A DNA stretch of 64,000 bases from Anolis carolinensis (GCF_035594765.1 NC_085846.1:100241190-100305189); one strand, 5' to 3'; positions 38,331 through 52,800 are shown, counted from the stretch's first letter. Notes: generated from the sequence alone by a model not told the origin. Translations and numbers: made by a program.

Positions 38331-40218
38331 TGAGTAAACATACTATACAATCTATAAATCTGCAAGTATCTATGTAAGTTTTGTTGAAAGTCCCAGTGAT
38401 CTCAGTGGAGTTTTCCAAGCAACATGTGTAACATCACGTTGCACAATATCCAGTGCACTTTTTAAAAATACACTAGGAGATTAACGTAAATAAGAGAGAA
38501 AAATAGTACTTTTTCTTCTAATCCTTGTGCACACACATTCCATTTTCCAGGTTCTTATTATGACTGACCCTGAAATAATTGTGTATTATTTTCTGTTTAT
38601 TGCCTCTCCATCTTCCATGTGACTGGGAGAGCAACCTAAATAAGTGGGACAAAGTAGTATTTTTCTTTGAATTCTTGTGAACCATGTCCCTGTTTCATTG
38701 CTCATTTTAACTAACTCTAAGTAGATGTGCAACTAAAATAATCTTGAGTCGTCTTATGTTTATCTCCATCTTTCCCTTGTTCCTGTTTTCCATTGTAAAC
38801 TCCTTGGGGCTAATTTTGTGGCAAGTACTATGTCCATGGCTGATGCATAAAACAACATTAGTCAACAGGCAAGGTGGAATCGTAGTATATAAAGGTTAAG
38901 GTTTTTCATTTAATTTGCAATGCAGTTTAGCAATAAATACTTGAAAGCCTCAATTAATTCAGTCTGACTTACTATTTAGGAGTGTGAGTTCATGACTGAA
39001 ACCACATGTAGCAACTATAGTTGCACATTTGGGAATTGAATGTTTATTCATGTTAAAGCTTGTGAGGTCCAAACAACAATTAGTTGAGTGTGGAACAGGG
39101 ATTCAGTGGAGGTATCTGAGAGATGAGACAGAGAAAGATTTTATGTGTGAAGGATTATATGATGCACAAAAACAAAGTGAATACAGATTGTACTTCCTTA
39201 TCCAGAATTCCAAAATCCAAAATTGGGTGGCTGAGATAGTGACATCTTTGCTTTCTGGTGGTTTACTATAAAGAAATTTTAAGAATAAATTATTTTTAAA
39301 AATGTATGAAATTACATTCAGGCTATATGTCCAAGCAAAAACTCAAAATTGTCTGCACGGGTGGCTGAGAGATTGACACCTTTGTTTTCTCGGTGTAAGC
39401 AAACTTTGTTTTATGCACAAAAGTATTTTAAAAATATTGCATGGAATTACTTTCAGTCTATGTGCCTTTGGTCCTCCAGGTGTTTTGGACTTCAACTCCC
39501 ACAATTCCTAGCCAGCTGTTAGGAATTGTGGGAGTTGAAGTCCAAAACACCTGGAGGACCAAAGTTTGATCATGCCTGGTTTAAGGTGTATATGAAACAA
39601 ATATATTTGATTCCAAGATCTCTCATGGTGTCTATGCAAATATTCCAAAATCGTGCATGTGTGTGTGTGAAATCCAAAACGTTTCAGGTCCTAAGCTTTT
39701 TGTATAAGAGATACACTACATGTATCATGTCCTCTACAGCCTCTTATGGGGTGCATCTACAATGCAGAATAAATGCAGTTTGGCCTCACTTTAAATTCCA
39801 TGTCTCAAGGCTGTGGGGTCCTGTGAGCTGTAGTTTGGTGAAGAACCAACACTCTTTGGCAGAGAAGGCTAAAGACCTTGCCGGGGTCCCATAGCATTGA
39901 ACCATGGCAGTTACAGCAGTATCAAACTGCATTCATCCTACAGTTGTAGAACAGGCAGGGGCAAACTTCGCCCCTCTAGGTGTTTTCTACTTCAACTCCC
40001 ACAATTCCTAACAGCCTAGCTGTTAGTAATTGTGAAGTGTAGAAGATTCACCCATGGACATTGACTGAATTGGAACTGAGGAGAAACTAGTGGGGAGGTT
40101 GTACTTGTATCTACACTGTAGAATTAATGCAGTTGGCAGCACTTTAACTGCCATGGTCAATGCAATGGGGGATCCCGGGAGTGGAAGTGTTGTAAGATCT
40201 TAAAGCAAAGCCTTCTCT

Positions 40219-40258
<40 letters not shown>

Positions 40259-40530
40259 GGGGCTTCATCCAAAGTACACATTCTAGAATCCCATGGTTAA
40301 AAGGGGCACAAAACTGTGTTAATTCTACAATGTGGACACACCTATGGGCTTTGTAGGCCACTAGAGTGACTGAGGAGCGAACTAAATCCTCTGCTGGGGT
40401 CCTCCTCACGATTCCAACATGTCTCGTTCTCCCCTGGCTGCAGGTGCTTTCCCCAGAAAGGGAAGAAGAAGCAGAAGAAGAACACTTGCAGCAGCCTCTT
40501 TGGGGCCCCGGAGGCGGAAGAGGGGTCACC

Positions 40531-40627
40531 ATGGCAGAGATGGAGGCTGAGTCCAGCACTAGCCTCTCCGTCCACGAGACCCGCTTCGAGGCAGCCGTGA
40601 AGGTGATCCAAAGCCTTCCGAAAAACG
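40531..40627 (+). CDS. ACBD5: ACBD5 first coding exon (exon begins 40444): MAEMEAESSTSLSVHETRFEAAVKVIQSLPKN
   Basis: Kozak gtcaccATGG; SVHETRFEAAVKVIQSLPKNG is the start of the ACBD5 acyl-CoA-binding domain; acceptor ctgcag| at 40443; donor G|GTGAGT. Confidence 0.95.
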
Positions 40628-40879
40628 GTGAGTAGGTGCAGGGAGTGGGATGGCCAAACTTCGCCCTCTGGGTGTTTTGGACTCCAACTCCCACAATTTC
40701 TAACACCCGGTAGTTTGCCCAGGCCTGTATTTACCTCTTTTAATATATTTTTTTAAAACACAGCAATCAAAGCAAGTTGTGTCTTGGGATTATTTAATGT
40801 TTCCTCTTTCAATAAAACATATTGTTAAATTGCTCCCATTACGGCACAGATTTCAACACTGTGTGAACAAAAGAAAAAG

Positions 40880-42478
40880 GGGCCCTTCCATACAGCCATA
40901 TAACCCAAAATATCAAGGCAGAACATAATAATAATATAATAAAAAGGCCACCCTATTGGGATCTGCGCGCATCATCCGAAAATACATCACACAATCCTAG
41001 ACACTTGGGAAGTGTTCGACTTGTGATTTTGTGATACGAAATACAGCATATCTACCTTGTTTGCTGTGTCATACAATAACATAATAATAATAATAATAAT
41101 AATAATGATAATAATAATAATAATAATAATTTATACCCAGCCCCATCTCCCAAAAAAGGACTTGGAGCGGTTTACAATATCTGCTTTGAACTGGATTGTC
41201 TGAGGCCCCTTCCACACAGCTGAATAAAATCCCACATTATTTGCTTTGAACTGAGATATATGGCAGTGTGGACTCAGATAACTCAAAGCCCTTCCACACA
41301 GCCATATAACCCAGAATATCAAGGCAGAAAATCACATAATATCTGTTTTGAACTGGGTTATCTGAGTCCACACTGCCATATATCCCAGTTCAAAGCAAAC
41401 AATGTGGGATTTTATTCACCTGTGTGGAAGGGGCCCCAGTTCAAAGCAGATATTGTGGATTATCTGCCTTCATATTCTGTGGTATATGGCTGTGTGGAAG
41501 GGCCCTGAGTCAACACTGCCATATATTCCAGTTCAAAGCAGATAATGTGGGAGTTTATTCATCTGTGTGGAAGGGATCTAAATCCTGTGGCAATCATAGC
41601 TTGAAGCAGCTAGACTAGAATATCCCTGTCATTGGAATATCCCTGTCCAAATGAAATTAAGAAAAAAACATTTTGTATGAAAAGCCACAGCAGATTTTCC
41701 CATGACAAAGTGTGGCTATTAGTGCCTGTGGGTGTAATAAGGTTTCAACATAGGAGGTAATAGGTAGCTGTGCTAACACAAGGAAAGTGCCCTTGTCCAT
41801 TCTTTGGTAAAGTTAGCATGCACAGTCTTTTTTGCATTGCATTCACTCAAGGCCCTTCTACACTTCCATATAATCCAGAATATCAAGGCAGATAATCCAT
41901 ATTATCTGCTTTGAACTGGATTATCTAAGTACACGGCTATATAATCCAGTTCAGAGCAAATAATCTGGATTTTATACAGCTGTGTAGAAGGGGCCTCAGA
42001 GGATTTTCAGAAAAATAGTGGCCGAAATGCCTTTACTAGTTCCAGCTGGTGCAAACTTTTTGAATCAATTTACAGTTCAAACGCTGGATCGATGAGTCTA
42101 CGGCCCCTTCCACACAGCTGAATAAAATCTCACATTATCTGCTTTGAACTGGAATAGATGGCAGTGTGTACTCGGGGCCCTTCCACACAGCCACATAACC
42201 CAGAATATCAAGGCAGGAAATCCTACAATATTTGCTTTTAAATGGGTTATCTGAGTCCACACTCAGATAATGTGGGACTTTCTGCCTTGATATTCTGGGC
42301 TGTAGGCCTGTGTGGAAGGGCCCTCAGCCCCCTTCCACAAAGCTGAATAAGATCCCGCATTTTCTGCTTTGTATTGGAATATATGGCAGTGTGGATTCAG
42401 ATAACCCAGTTCAAAGCAGATATTGTGAGATTTTCTGCCTTGATATTTTGGGTTACAGGGCTGTGTGGAAGGGCCCTA
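40880..42478. repeat. Cluster of Harbinger-type MITEs (TIR GGCCCTTCCACACAGC) in tandem and inverted arrays; clean copy at 41850-41995 with TCA TSD
   Basis: Repeated TIRs and internal unit atctgctttgaactgg..atctgagtccacactgccatat. Confidence 0.85.
40941..41131 (+). mobile_element. Dong/R4-clade LINE 3' end in a (TAA)n microsatellite
   Basis: KATLLGSARIIRKYITQS* C-terminus, short UTR, (TAA)n on both sides, consistent with the TAA targeting known for Dong. Confidence 0.75.
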
Positions 42479-42744
42479 CTTCAGCTGTCTCTTAACAATT
42501 GGATTTAATCCAGTGATACCTGAAAGTGAATGTGAGTGGGTTCTTTTGGCTCATAAAGTAAACAGAGACAAGAGTTCAAATTGGGTTTTGCCTTGATGTG
42601 GGTAATGGAAAATCTTAACTGAAATATTTGCAATGTGTGCTGTTAGCTCTCAGTATCTCAGTACTTCATGCAATGCCATTGTATTTAAAAGCTATTGTCC
42701 TAAAAGTTACAAAATTTTTCATTCTGAAAAAAACTTTTGTGCAG

Positions 42745-42865
42745 GTTCCTTCCAGCCAACAAATGAAATGATGCTGAAGTTCTATAGCTTTTATAAACAA
42801 GCAACCCAAGGACCTTGCAATAGTCAAAGACCTGGATTTTGGGACCCCATTGGTAGATACAAATG
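42745..42865 (+). CDS. ACBD5: ACBD5 exon, ACB domain ([25 protein letters not shown]...GRYKW)
   Basis: AG/GT boundaries, 121 nt, in frame; ACBP signature YKQAT.GPC. Confidence 0.97.
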
Positions 42866-43453
42866 GTAAATACGATACATAAGAACAAAATACATTGTAA
42901 GCAGTTATTTGTAGACATGCTATGCTCAGAATAGGCGAGGGCTGGCCATACTGTTTTTTGGTTTTTATTTCATAAGTAGTCATAAGGCTCATAACTAGTA
43001 ATAGATTATATACTATGTTTATAGAAAGTTCCAAGCCTAATCCTTGGGAAGTCTAGAAAAAGACTTTGAAGTGCCTTTGCCAACATAGACAATACTGTGT
43101 TAAGTAAACCAGTGATTTGACTCAGTATTAGGCAGTTCCCTATGTTCCTTCACTCCTTTCATTTGAATCTTTACAGTAAATAAATGCAATGCCTATTAGT
43201 ATTAAATAGTATAAATATGTGTTGTCTCATATAAATGTATAGTATAAGTCCTGCTTGCTGTCTCTTTGTATTTATAATCAGTGAACAATATGATGAAGTT
43301 ACTGGAATCAAATTTAAAATTTGTGACAAGAGTAGGAGAGATCAGGGTCGACAGTGGAGAAATAAGGCTGGGTTCAGTGCATAAATGAATAGCACTAAGG
43401 GTGAATACAAGATAAAAATAGAAACTTGAGGATGTTTGTGATGTTCATTGTAG

Positions 43454-43526
43454 GGATGCATGGAGTGCTTTGGGGGACATGCCGAAAGAAGATGCTATGA
43501 TTGCCTATGTTGAAGAAATGAAAAAG
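43454..43526 (+). CDS. ACBD5: ACBD5 exon, ACB domain (WDAWSALGDMPKEDAMIAYVEEMKK)
   Basis: Manual translation; AG/GT boundaries; 73 nt restores the frame; ACBP KWDAW motif. Confidence 0.96.
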
Positions 43527-46500
43527 GTAAGAGTTGTGAGTACTAACTTAAAACAAATGACCCAACCATGTTATTTCTGGGCTCTGAAGTCTTAGAACTT
43601 GGTAAGCTTCAGAAGAGATTTCTGCACATTATTTCATGGACTTTATCCCATACAACTGCCACAGTGTCAAGAGTTTTTAGGAGTGTTGGGATGAAAAAGT
43701 GGCCATTGGTTGTATAGCACTTTAGTAAAGCTTGTGGTACTAAGCAACCTGCAGTGGTTTATTGGGACTGGAACTGCTTTGCAGCAAAATAGAGATGCAG
43801 AGAGGCATAAGGCACTCTGATGTGTTTGTTTTTTAAACTTATTATCTTGATTGGAGGAATTTTGGCTTTACAGAATACTTAAAATACATTAATAAAGTAC
43901 TTAAATGTCTTGAAACTGGGAAAACCTGAATCTTGGGTAACTACTGGTATGTAGAACTCTCAATCTGATGTATGTTTTTGTAAATGTGAGCTGAAAGTCT
44001 ATGTATTTCTTTGGGGCACAGATAGATTCCAATGCTTCATACTAAACAGATACCAAAATTTTTGACACCAATGAACTGGTTGCTGATCTTATGTAAATCA
44101 GAGTTTTGATTTATCTGATCTTTTAATCAATGTGGAGCTGCTAAGGATAAACTCTTGTCTCTTACAGCAATAATTTTGCCTTTAACTCCAGGTTTTTCTA
44201 TTTGAACCTCACTACAGCATGTCCAATGAAATGTTGGAGGCTAATATCAACATAGAAATGTATAGACAGGTTATACAACATGATTTTTTTCTGTTAATCT
44301 GGCCTAAAACAAAGACTGAGTTTGACTCATACATTGAAGCACAGGAGGAGTATTCATCCAAAGTTAATTCATGTTCATCTTAAGCAATTCAAGGAGTGTT
44401 TGCAACAGTGCTCCATTCTTGAATGATGTATGGCCAAGATCCAAGGTGTTGGGAAAGTAGTGCTTTAGATATTCTCTTGATAATGCTTCCACTTGGTAAA
44501 CTCTTTTGAAATAGAAAGTTCATAATTTGTTGGTGATACAGCACAGCTATCAGTTTTTTCAAATAGAAGCAATTCTCAGAAACTAATGCAAACCTCTTCA
44601 TATATTCAGTCGGGTTTTGGGATCCCTGCCAGTATTGTCAGATTATAAATGTTAAGGACAGGTTTTTTTGCTATGCAGATATGAGAATAACAAAGACATA
44701 GAAAATCTTGATGAGAAGAATGCTTAAAAGCAGAACTTACTGAGTCAGGTTTACCTTGAAGAATACATACACATTTTATCCATGATTTTTCTAAGACAGT
44801 AGTTCTCACCCTGTGGGTCTCCAGGTATTTTGGCCTTCAACTCCCAGAAATCCTAAAAGCTAGTAAACTGACTGAGATTTCTGGGAGTTGTAGGCCAAAA
44901 CACCTGAGGACCCACAGGTTGAGAACCACTGTTCTAAGACATAGCTGAACCCATTCAGATTTTTCTGAAGTTGCTCAGTAACTTGGAAAAAAAGTGAAGA
45001 TACATTATGAATTTAAACTGTTGTGTAAGTCTGGTTAATTTCAATGAAACTTTGCAAGAGTGGTATGAAATAGATATGTTTCAGGGCATTACTTCTTAAA
45101 GCACTCACTTCTGGACAGAAGGGGCCAACCAGATGGCCAGAGGGGAGCACTTGAATCCCCCCGCAAAAGACCTGTTATGTCTGGCTGGCTTTCATGTCAG
45201 TTTGCCTACCCCATATTCAAGTTGCTGGGAGTAAGACATTTATATGGGTGGGGCTGTCATAACTTGGTGTCACTGGGAGGGTGTGGGGGGAGAGCTTGGA
45301 TAGGCAAACACCTTGACACCCCTACATTTTGGGGTGAAGGGGGACTTTGGGTCTACCTCTGTAGGTTCTATGGCTTAGGGGGTTCCCAAAATATCTCCGT
45401 TAGGGTTTGCCTCCTCCATTGGGTTATTTTGCTTGGGGGGGGGGGGAGGTTCCCAGGGACGGCCTCACGCCATTACCCATGTCACAGTGGTCCGCCCATA
45501 ACTAGTTACTTAGCCCAATTTACCAGTTTTCTAATTAGGTCAATAAATGGCCCATTTATTTCTTCACATATTATGTCTTGTCCCGTTATTTCATGGTGGG
45601 GATTCAAAGAACATTTGATGCCAGAGGCAGAAATAGTATGGAAGAACAGGGAGTTTCCTGTCACATGCAAAAAAGCACATAATTTGAGGACTTTGGCATA
45701 TGTATTACTGCCTCTTAATCTCTACTTTGTACAACATACTTATGGATAGTCTGTAGTGCTGTTCTAAAATAGATAGATTTTAGTGTTGCAATTTGTAGTA
45801 GAAAGCATTGTCTATTCTTTTTGAGCTTGAATGTAACAATAATATATTTAAATATTAAATCTATTGAAAATAGTTCACATTAATTGCAGTTGGTTGGCAC
45901 AATTATTACTTGCTATGCTGGTTTTTATCCAATAACACTTAACATGGAAGAAGAGCAATATAGTAAATTTGTTGAATATTGTCCAAACTAGCACTACCAC
46001 AGTAATGTTTTATTTCTTTTAAAAAAACACCTTGACATAAATTGAATTTAATCAGATGAAGGGCTGATGTATTGTTTTTATATGTTTTTCAAGCATAGGA
46101 GATTACAGGATGAAGTTGGTAAATGGGAGTAACCAAGGGATATTTGCGTCTACTTACATTTAGGTTTTCTTTATTCTCTGTCAGATAAATCTACTCCTTT
46201 TGGGATTAAGTTATGATAGACAAAGCCCCTAAGACATTGCTTGATCGTATTAGACATAATGAGAAAGGTAATGTGGGACACTATGCAATGTACTTCTGTC
46301 CTATTTCTTATACAGATGTAATTGGAAGGAAGTTCTTCTAAAATTTAAAGGGACTTCTTTAAAAATATGTAGAGTCAGATCTTCATAGCATGGTTGTATA
46401 ATTCAAAATGAACTATCAGGTTTCTTTGGGCTTAGGGGAAATGGACTCTATTTGGCTTCAATGCTCTGGGAGGCAAAAAATTGTCAGAACTGCCTGCCAT

Positions 46501-46746
46501 AACCTAGAGGAGATATTTGGATAATTCACCCCCGCCCCCGCCCCAAATCCAGAAAAAATATTGGCCCCTATAGGTCACAAAGCCAGCCACAACCTGCACT
46601 TTCTTTACTTCTGAATTAGATGTTCTGCTTAGGACCATTTTATTTTGCTTATGGGTGTACAGGATTTTCTTCTGGTACCATTTTCATGTGAAAGCTGTGT
46701 GTCCCCTATCTGATATGCTTTTCATAAATGTTTTGTGTTCCTACAG

Positions 46747-46858
46747 ATTCTTGAGAGTATGCCAATGACAGACAAGGTTGAAGAATTGCTACATGTATTA
46801 GGTCCCTTCTATGAAATTGTAGAGGACAAAAAGAAGAGAATATCTGACTTAATAGGAG
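46747..46858 (+). CDS. ACBD5: ACBD5 exon (ILESMPMTDKVEELLHVLGPFYEIVEDKKKRISDLIG)
   Basis: Manual translation; ctacag| acceptor, G|GTAGGG donor; matches the ACBD5 segment after the ACB domain. Confidence 0.95.
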
Positions 46859-49800
46859 GTAGGGATTTAAAATTCTTACTTTGTTTTATGACACACAAGT
46901 CACATTAAGCCACAATAATTTTAAAAGATGGTGTATTACTTGTCAGGGAAGTAGTCATGTGCACATCCATCTCATTGTGATGCGTTTAAGCCTACAGTGG
47001 CATCAACTAAAGGGCAGGAGTGGGGAAACTCTTGTGCAAATGCTTTTTTGACATGTTATAATGTTCATGCATATGTGTTGACAGCACTGACTTGCTACAC
47101 CAGAAGGCTATGGGTTTCCCAATCCTGACCATTTTAAAAATTAAAATTGAATCTATTTATTAAACGTATGCCTCAGATTTGCCCAAATTTTAAAAACCCA
47201 GAACAGTGAGATTAGTTATTCCATAGTCCTATTTTTGAGAGAGGAACTGAGTATACATTTAACAAATAATTAATTAAAATGTTGCAACAGTTTTTTTTAG
47301 TTTATAATCTAAACTGTAACCTACCGTTTTCATCTTACTTGGAAGCACTCAGAGAAAAGAACTGGCAAAACCACCTCTGCATATCATTTGCCTGAGAAAA
47401 CCCTGTGAAATTCATGGGATAGTCATCAGGCAAGGCATTTTAAAGGCACATACACACACACACTGTGGGAGGAGTTGGTTAAAGCAGTGAAACAAAATAT
47501 TTTTAAATTTTGTTTTAAACTTATTTTTAAAAACAACTGTGAACTACTCAAATTACAAGTGAGATTTGAAAGCCATGCTAAAAACCCCTGAAATGGTGTG
47601 TTTTAAAAGTTTAGTACATCATGATCTCATAGAAGTCTCATAAACTGGAGATAGATTCAAAACAGTAGCATTAAATTCAAATCTAGGTCATTGATTAACC
47701 TACTCTCATGTGGCACAATATACAAACATTGCTTAAAAGACCCATTCTAGATTTCCAAACAAAAATATCCTAGGTTAAAGTACTTTAAAGAGGAAAAAAA
47801 CCTGCAGTACATGTAAATATTAACTTTACTAAAGATTAAACTTGTCGTAGACAGATTCTCAGCTATTTTGTGATTTCTAAAACATTAATATTGAAATTTT
47901 GCATATACTCCATTGCAAATATGGAGTGGGTGTTAAGCATATTTTCATTATCTGGAACAAGTTAATGACAAAATTTGGCGTCTCAAGAGAATGATTTACT
48001 GAATCAACCATTTTTAAAGAAACACATCAGTCTTTTAAAAATATTTTTAGTGGGACATTTCAGTTATTTCACAGTGGTGGCTTCTTGCTGTTTTTGTGTT
48101 GTTTTTAAATGCATACATGAAAACTGTGTATCACTCAGTGATATTTCTGAGTAAAGTATTTAATCCAGGAGGGATGCAACATTTGTTGTTGTTGCGTGAC
48201 TTCAAGTTATTTCTGGCTTAAGTGAATCTTAATGTAAACCTGTCACAGGGCAGACCCATAGAAATGATTTATGCCTGCCTTGTTCCATTGAATTCAGTGG
48301 ATCAGATAGGAATAATGCTGAATTTAGCTGTATATGTCTGGATAAGGGAAGGGATGACAAGTGTTTGTATTTGTGTACATTTGGGGAGGATATATTTTGT
48401 CCCAGCTTTCTTTCAATGTAAAAAAAAACTACATGGCAAATTTGCAGGCATTGTTTACAACTGCACCGATGGCACTATTCTAGAATGTCTTTGTGGTCAA
48501 TTTAAGTAGACTTTGCAACAAAATGTGACTCTGAGGGACAAAAAATGTACAAGTGTAGTGCACAAAGGCTAAAAATCCAAAGTAGCACACAAGTGAGGCA
48601 TGCTGAATCTTCACCTGTTCAAAACTAATTCCCTGTACAGCTTTTCTTAAAGCAGGAGTGATGTCACTCCCGCTCTAGGATCCACTCCAAAAGCAGGAGA
48701 ACTAAGCATTCCTACTAAGTGCCAGGATAGATAAGGTGCTGAGATTAGACTCGTCGTTGGATATTTACTTCTTTGACTAACTACATTGAGTTCGCGAAAA
48801 GCACTTAGAAATTTGATAGATTCTTTCTTCTGGAACCCCATCCACCTCCCATGGATATATCTGGCAGTTAAAGAGATTAGTCTGCTAGTTTTTCCTCTTG
48901 TGTGATCCTGAAAGCAGCATGGATTCTTATGCTGTCTTGTTCATGTTGGAAAGACAACTAAAAATATCACAACAGGAACAACAATGCAATTGAGGAAAAC
49001 CTGTTGGCTCAGGCCTTTTAGTTACACTGTATAACTATCGAAAAATTAGCAATCTTCACTGCAGCAGTAGTGGTAGTAGTAACTGTGGGAAAATTTCTGT
49101 TTCACTAGAACTATAACATTTGGGGAAATGACCCATAATTTTGGCTATAGAAGAGTTTTGACTGTTCCAAAAAAGGAACATTGGTGCACGGCCTCATTCA
49201 CACTCATGAGTACGATGCTGCTTTTAATTAGATTAGATTCTGCTAGTATCAGAATGCTTCTGTTATGCTTAAAAAATCTTCTCTAAATAAAATCTGTAGA
49301 AATCTTTTTACAATGCTAATATTTTAATAGTTGGCAGTCAGCCTAAGGTGTGAAAGAAGTATGTTGAAATGTAAAAGCTTCTTAATGCTTAATGTCAAAA
49401 TGTAATCCAGCACAAAGCCTAGACTTGTTTACTACGTTATGTTTTCTAAATGGCTATTTGCAGAAACAAGTTACTCACAAGTTTGCTTACATACTACAGA
49501 GGTTTGAAATACTGTTTACAGTTTTCAGCTGGAGACTACGATCTTTAGCCTCTAAAACACGAAGTGCATATGGTTAGTGGGAGGAGATTAGGGAGTTTCC
49601 CTTTTGTATGTATTTTCCCACCGGATTTCATTTGAAGGACTGTATCCTATGCACATTTTCAAAACACATTTCTCCTTTAAGCATGAACCCATTTTTACTA
49701 TTCAGGTTCCATAAAAATATTCAAAAGAAGAACATCACAAAGCCACTTTAAAAAGCATGTTGATCAATGATTAAATATGCTGGGTTCAGATGGCAAGGCT

Positions 49801-52800
49801 GGGTAACTTTTTGTTTGGAGCTTTTAGAAGCTGGAAAGAAAAAAAAAATCCAGTTTATGGGCCTTATCTGACAAATGAAGCATTTTTCTTGGGATGCTAA
49901 ACTGAGTAACTTGTCAAAAGATTGCATTCCAGAAATGGTTCCTAAAATATAGTTTTATTTGCACCCATTGCAAACAACACTGAGGGGACAGAAAGAGAAA
50001 AAGTAATATGCAGTATGGACTTTAGTGGCTGAAATACCCTAAAGGAACCAGACCCTATCTGGTCTTGGAAGCTCAGCAGGGTCAGCCCTGTTCAGCACTT
50101 GGATGGGAGTCAACCCATAGGCTGTCTTTCAGAAGAAGGAACAGGCAAAATGGTTCTTAGTATTCCTCACTTAAAATAATTCTATGAAAAGTTTTCCGTA
50201 AGGTTTTTAACTTGAGTAACTTGAAGACACACATGGATGGAGGGAACTTTAGTGCTATATGCCAGGTCTATTAATCAAGCAGATCTTTAAATTAAATTCA
50301 TTTTCATTATAACTACATTTGCTGTTATTGTGTACCTTCAAGTTATTTCCAACTTAAGGTTGGAAAGGTAAGCCTTTCACTGAGTTTTCTTGGCAAGATT
50401 TGCTATTGCCTTGCTCTGAGGCTGAGTGTGACTTGGCCAAGGTGTCTCACTGGATTTCCATGGCTGAGCAGAGATTTGAACCTTAATCTTTCAGAGCTCT
50501 GCTCCAGCTTTCAGCCACTATATTGCGCTGGTTCGCGCTCACTACATTTAGTCATAAAAAATGCCACAATATTAATTCCTTGAGCCTGAGGAGACTTTGG
50601 ACTTGTTTTTCCATAAACAGCAGTTCTTATCGTGCCACTGACATGTCAGATGGAAATTGCTTTTGGGACCAGGCAGCTAGGTATGAAATCTGTTGGTGAC
50701 TGTTTCAAAATACAGCCATTCTATTTAAAAGGTTTGGAATAACTCTAAGCAAAAAGCATCATCTTATTATTAAAATGACAGGTTTTTGCTAACTTAGCTT
50801 CAAATAAAAGTTTCCCCTGAAAATTATGTACAAAGAAAAATACCTTCCACTGTTAAAGCTTAGTGCATACTTGAATGTTACATATTTGGAGAAATACTCC
50901 AAGCATTTCTTAGCTCTTGAATGCTGCTGCTGTGTGTTTTAATACTTCAAAGCCTCTTATGACTTCATCTGAATGGCTTCTTATTTGCTAGGAGTTTGGC
51001 CCGATTTGCAACACTAGCAGACTTTCTGTAATACAATTATTTTTCTAAGTCTGAACAAAGCAAGCCATGATTTGGATGTGTGTTTTGTTACTACAGAAAA
51101 AGCCATATAGTTATAATGCAGCAAGCAGTCTTGAAACAACGGTAGTCCTTCATCCTGGTGCATTTTCTTTGGCTCTGCTGTTTCTATTCTTTCCCACCAC
51201 CTCTACGCTTTTTTTACTTGCTGGTCTTTCTCACTCTCCCCTGAAGTCCTTATTGTTCTTAGCTTCACTTTCCCCCTTCTCATCCTTATTAGGCAGTAGA
51301 AAGTCTGTTCTTTATAATAGTTTGGACAGTTCAAAAGACAGAAGCTGCTGAGAACTTCCTGAAGATATAACTATACCAGCTCCAAGTGCAACTTTCCTTC
51401 TGCTGGTCAGAGGAGGTTAAGAAAGTCTGCCATCTAGTGTGTCAAGGCTATAGGCAGATTTTAATGAATGAAGATCAATTCATTTTAAAGACAAAATGAC
51501 CTCAAGGAGCACACACTTAGGTTTTCCTTAGTGTCTATGCAGTTTCAGGTGTCTAACGTTCATGATCTCAGAACTGGCAGAAAAGAAAAGTTTGGGTATA
51601 GATATACTCTCAGTAGCCACAGAGCAGAGCTCACTTCATCTGTAATCAGAAGTCGACTGTAGTTCACAAAAGTGTATGCCATAATGCATTGATTGATCTT
51701 TATGTGTTATCTTTTCCCTTTGTTAGCTTGGCTGCATCAGACAATGAAGCCTACTGCACTGAAAATGTGTATATTTGGATCTTGCCTTTTAAGCAACCCA
51801 CATACAACAGTCCTAGTTCTATGCAATTCTGTGCATCACATTCTCTCCCCCACTTTCTCTTGCGCTTAGAGCTTGCCTTTGGATTGATGTTTGTCTATCT
51901 AGTCCAACCTCCGTAGTGTTCAGTTTAAGGCCCTCTTGATCAGACTTGCCATGCTATCCATTGTAACAAAGAGTCCTCTCTCTAAAAAGTGAATATTGTA
52001 GTCCTAGAAATCAAATCTCTTCCATTTTCATTTATTAATTAAGGAAGTGTACATTTTCAAAGAAGTACTTATGAATAACATTTTTAGTGTATTACTACAG
52101 TGTGTTCTGCCAAAGTTCCAATTTATTCATGAAACCAAGGGGAGATTTTATGTTTCTACAAATGAACTCTAATGAAAAGACCATAGACATTGTTGCAACA
52201 CAGAGTCATACAGTAGAGTCTTGCTTATCCAACCTTCGCTCATCCAGTATTCTGTATTATCCAACGCAGTCTGCCTTTTAGAAGTCAATGTTTTTGTAGT
52301 CAATGTTTTCAATACATTGCGATGTTTTGGAGCTAAATTCGTAAATACAGTAATAACTACATAACATTACAGTGTATTGAACTGCTTTTTCTGATTTTTT
52401 TTGTAAAACATGTTTTAATGCTTAATTTGTAAAATCACAATGTAATTTGACGTTTAATAGGTTTTTCCTTAATCCCTCCTTATCCAACATTTTTGCTTAT
52501 CCAATGCTCTGCTGGCCTGTTTATGTTGGATAAGCAAAACATTACTGTATGTTTTTTTGTCATTATTCTGTTTCCCATGTTATCTTCATGAGGTGCATAG
52601 TTCCAAAGATTTTATCTTCATGGTTCCATATTAACAACCCTATCAGAATCTGAGATATTATAAACTTATTTCTAAATGTAATTTCAAGGAAACATGGTCT
52701 CAGTTACTGAACTGTTGGCAAATGGCATTGTGTTTTATTTGTGTTTGTCCTTTTAGTTCCACAGTCATTGATCTGGTTACAGGTTGATTTTATTGGAAGC

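Noticed and set aside
40366-40530. N-terminal extension of ACBD5
   Set aside because: The frame is open but there is no upstream in-frame ATG in 40444-40530 or in the putative exon 1; ATG 40531 has a strong Kozak context
48650-48740. Possible ACBD5 exon (SDVTPALGSTPKAG)
   Set aside because: The phase-1 reading from the nearby AG hits a stop and there is no good donor
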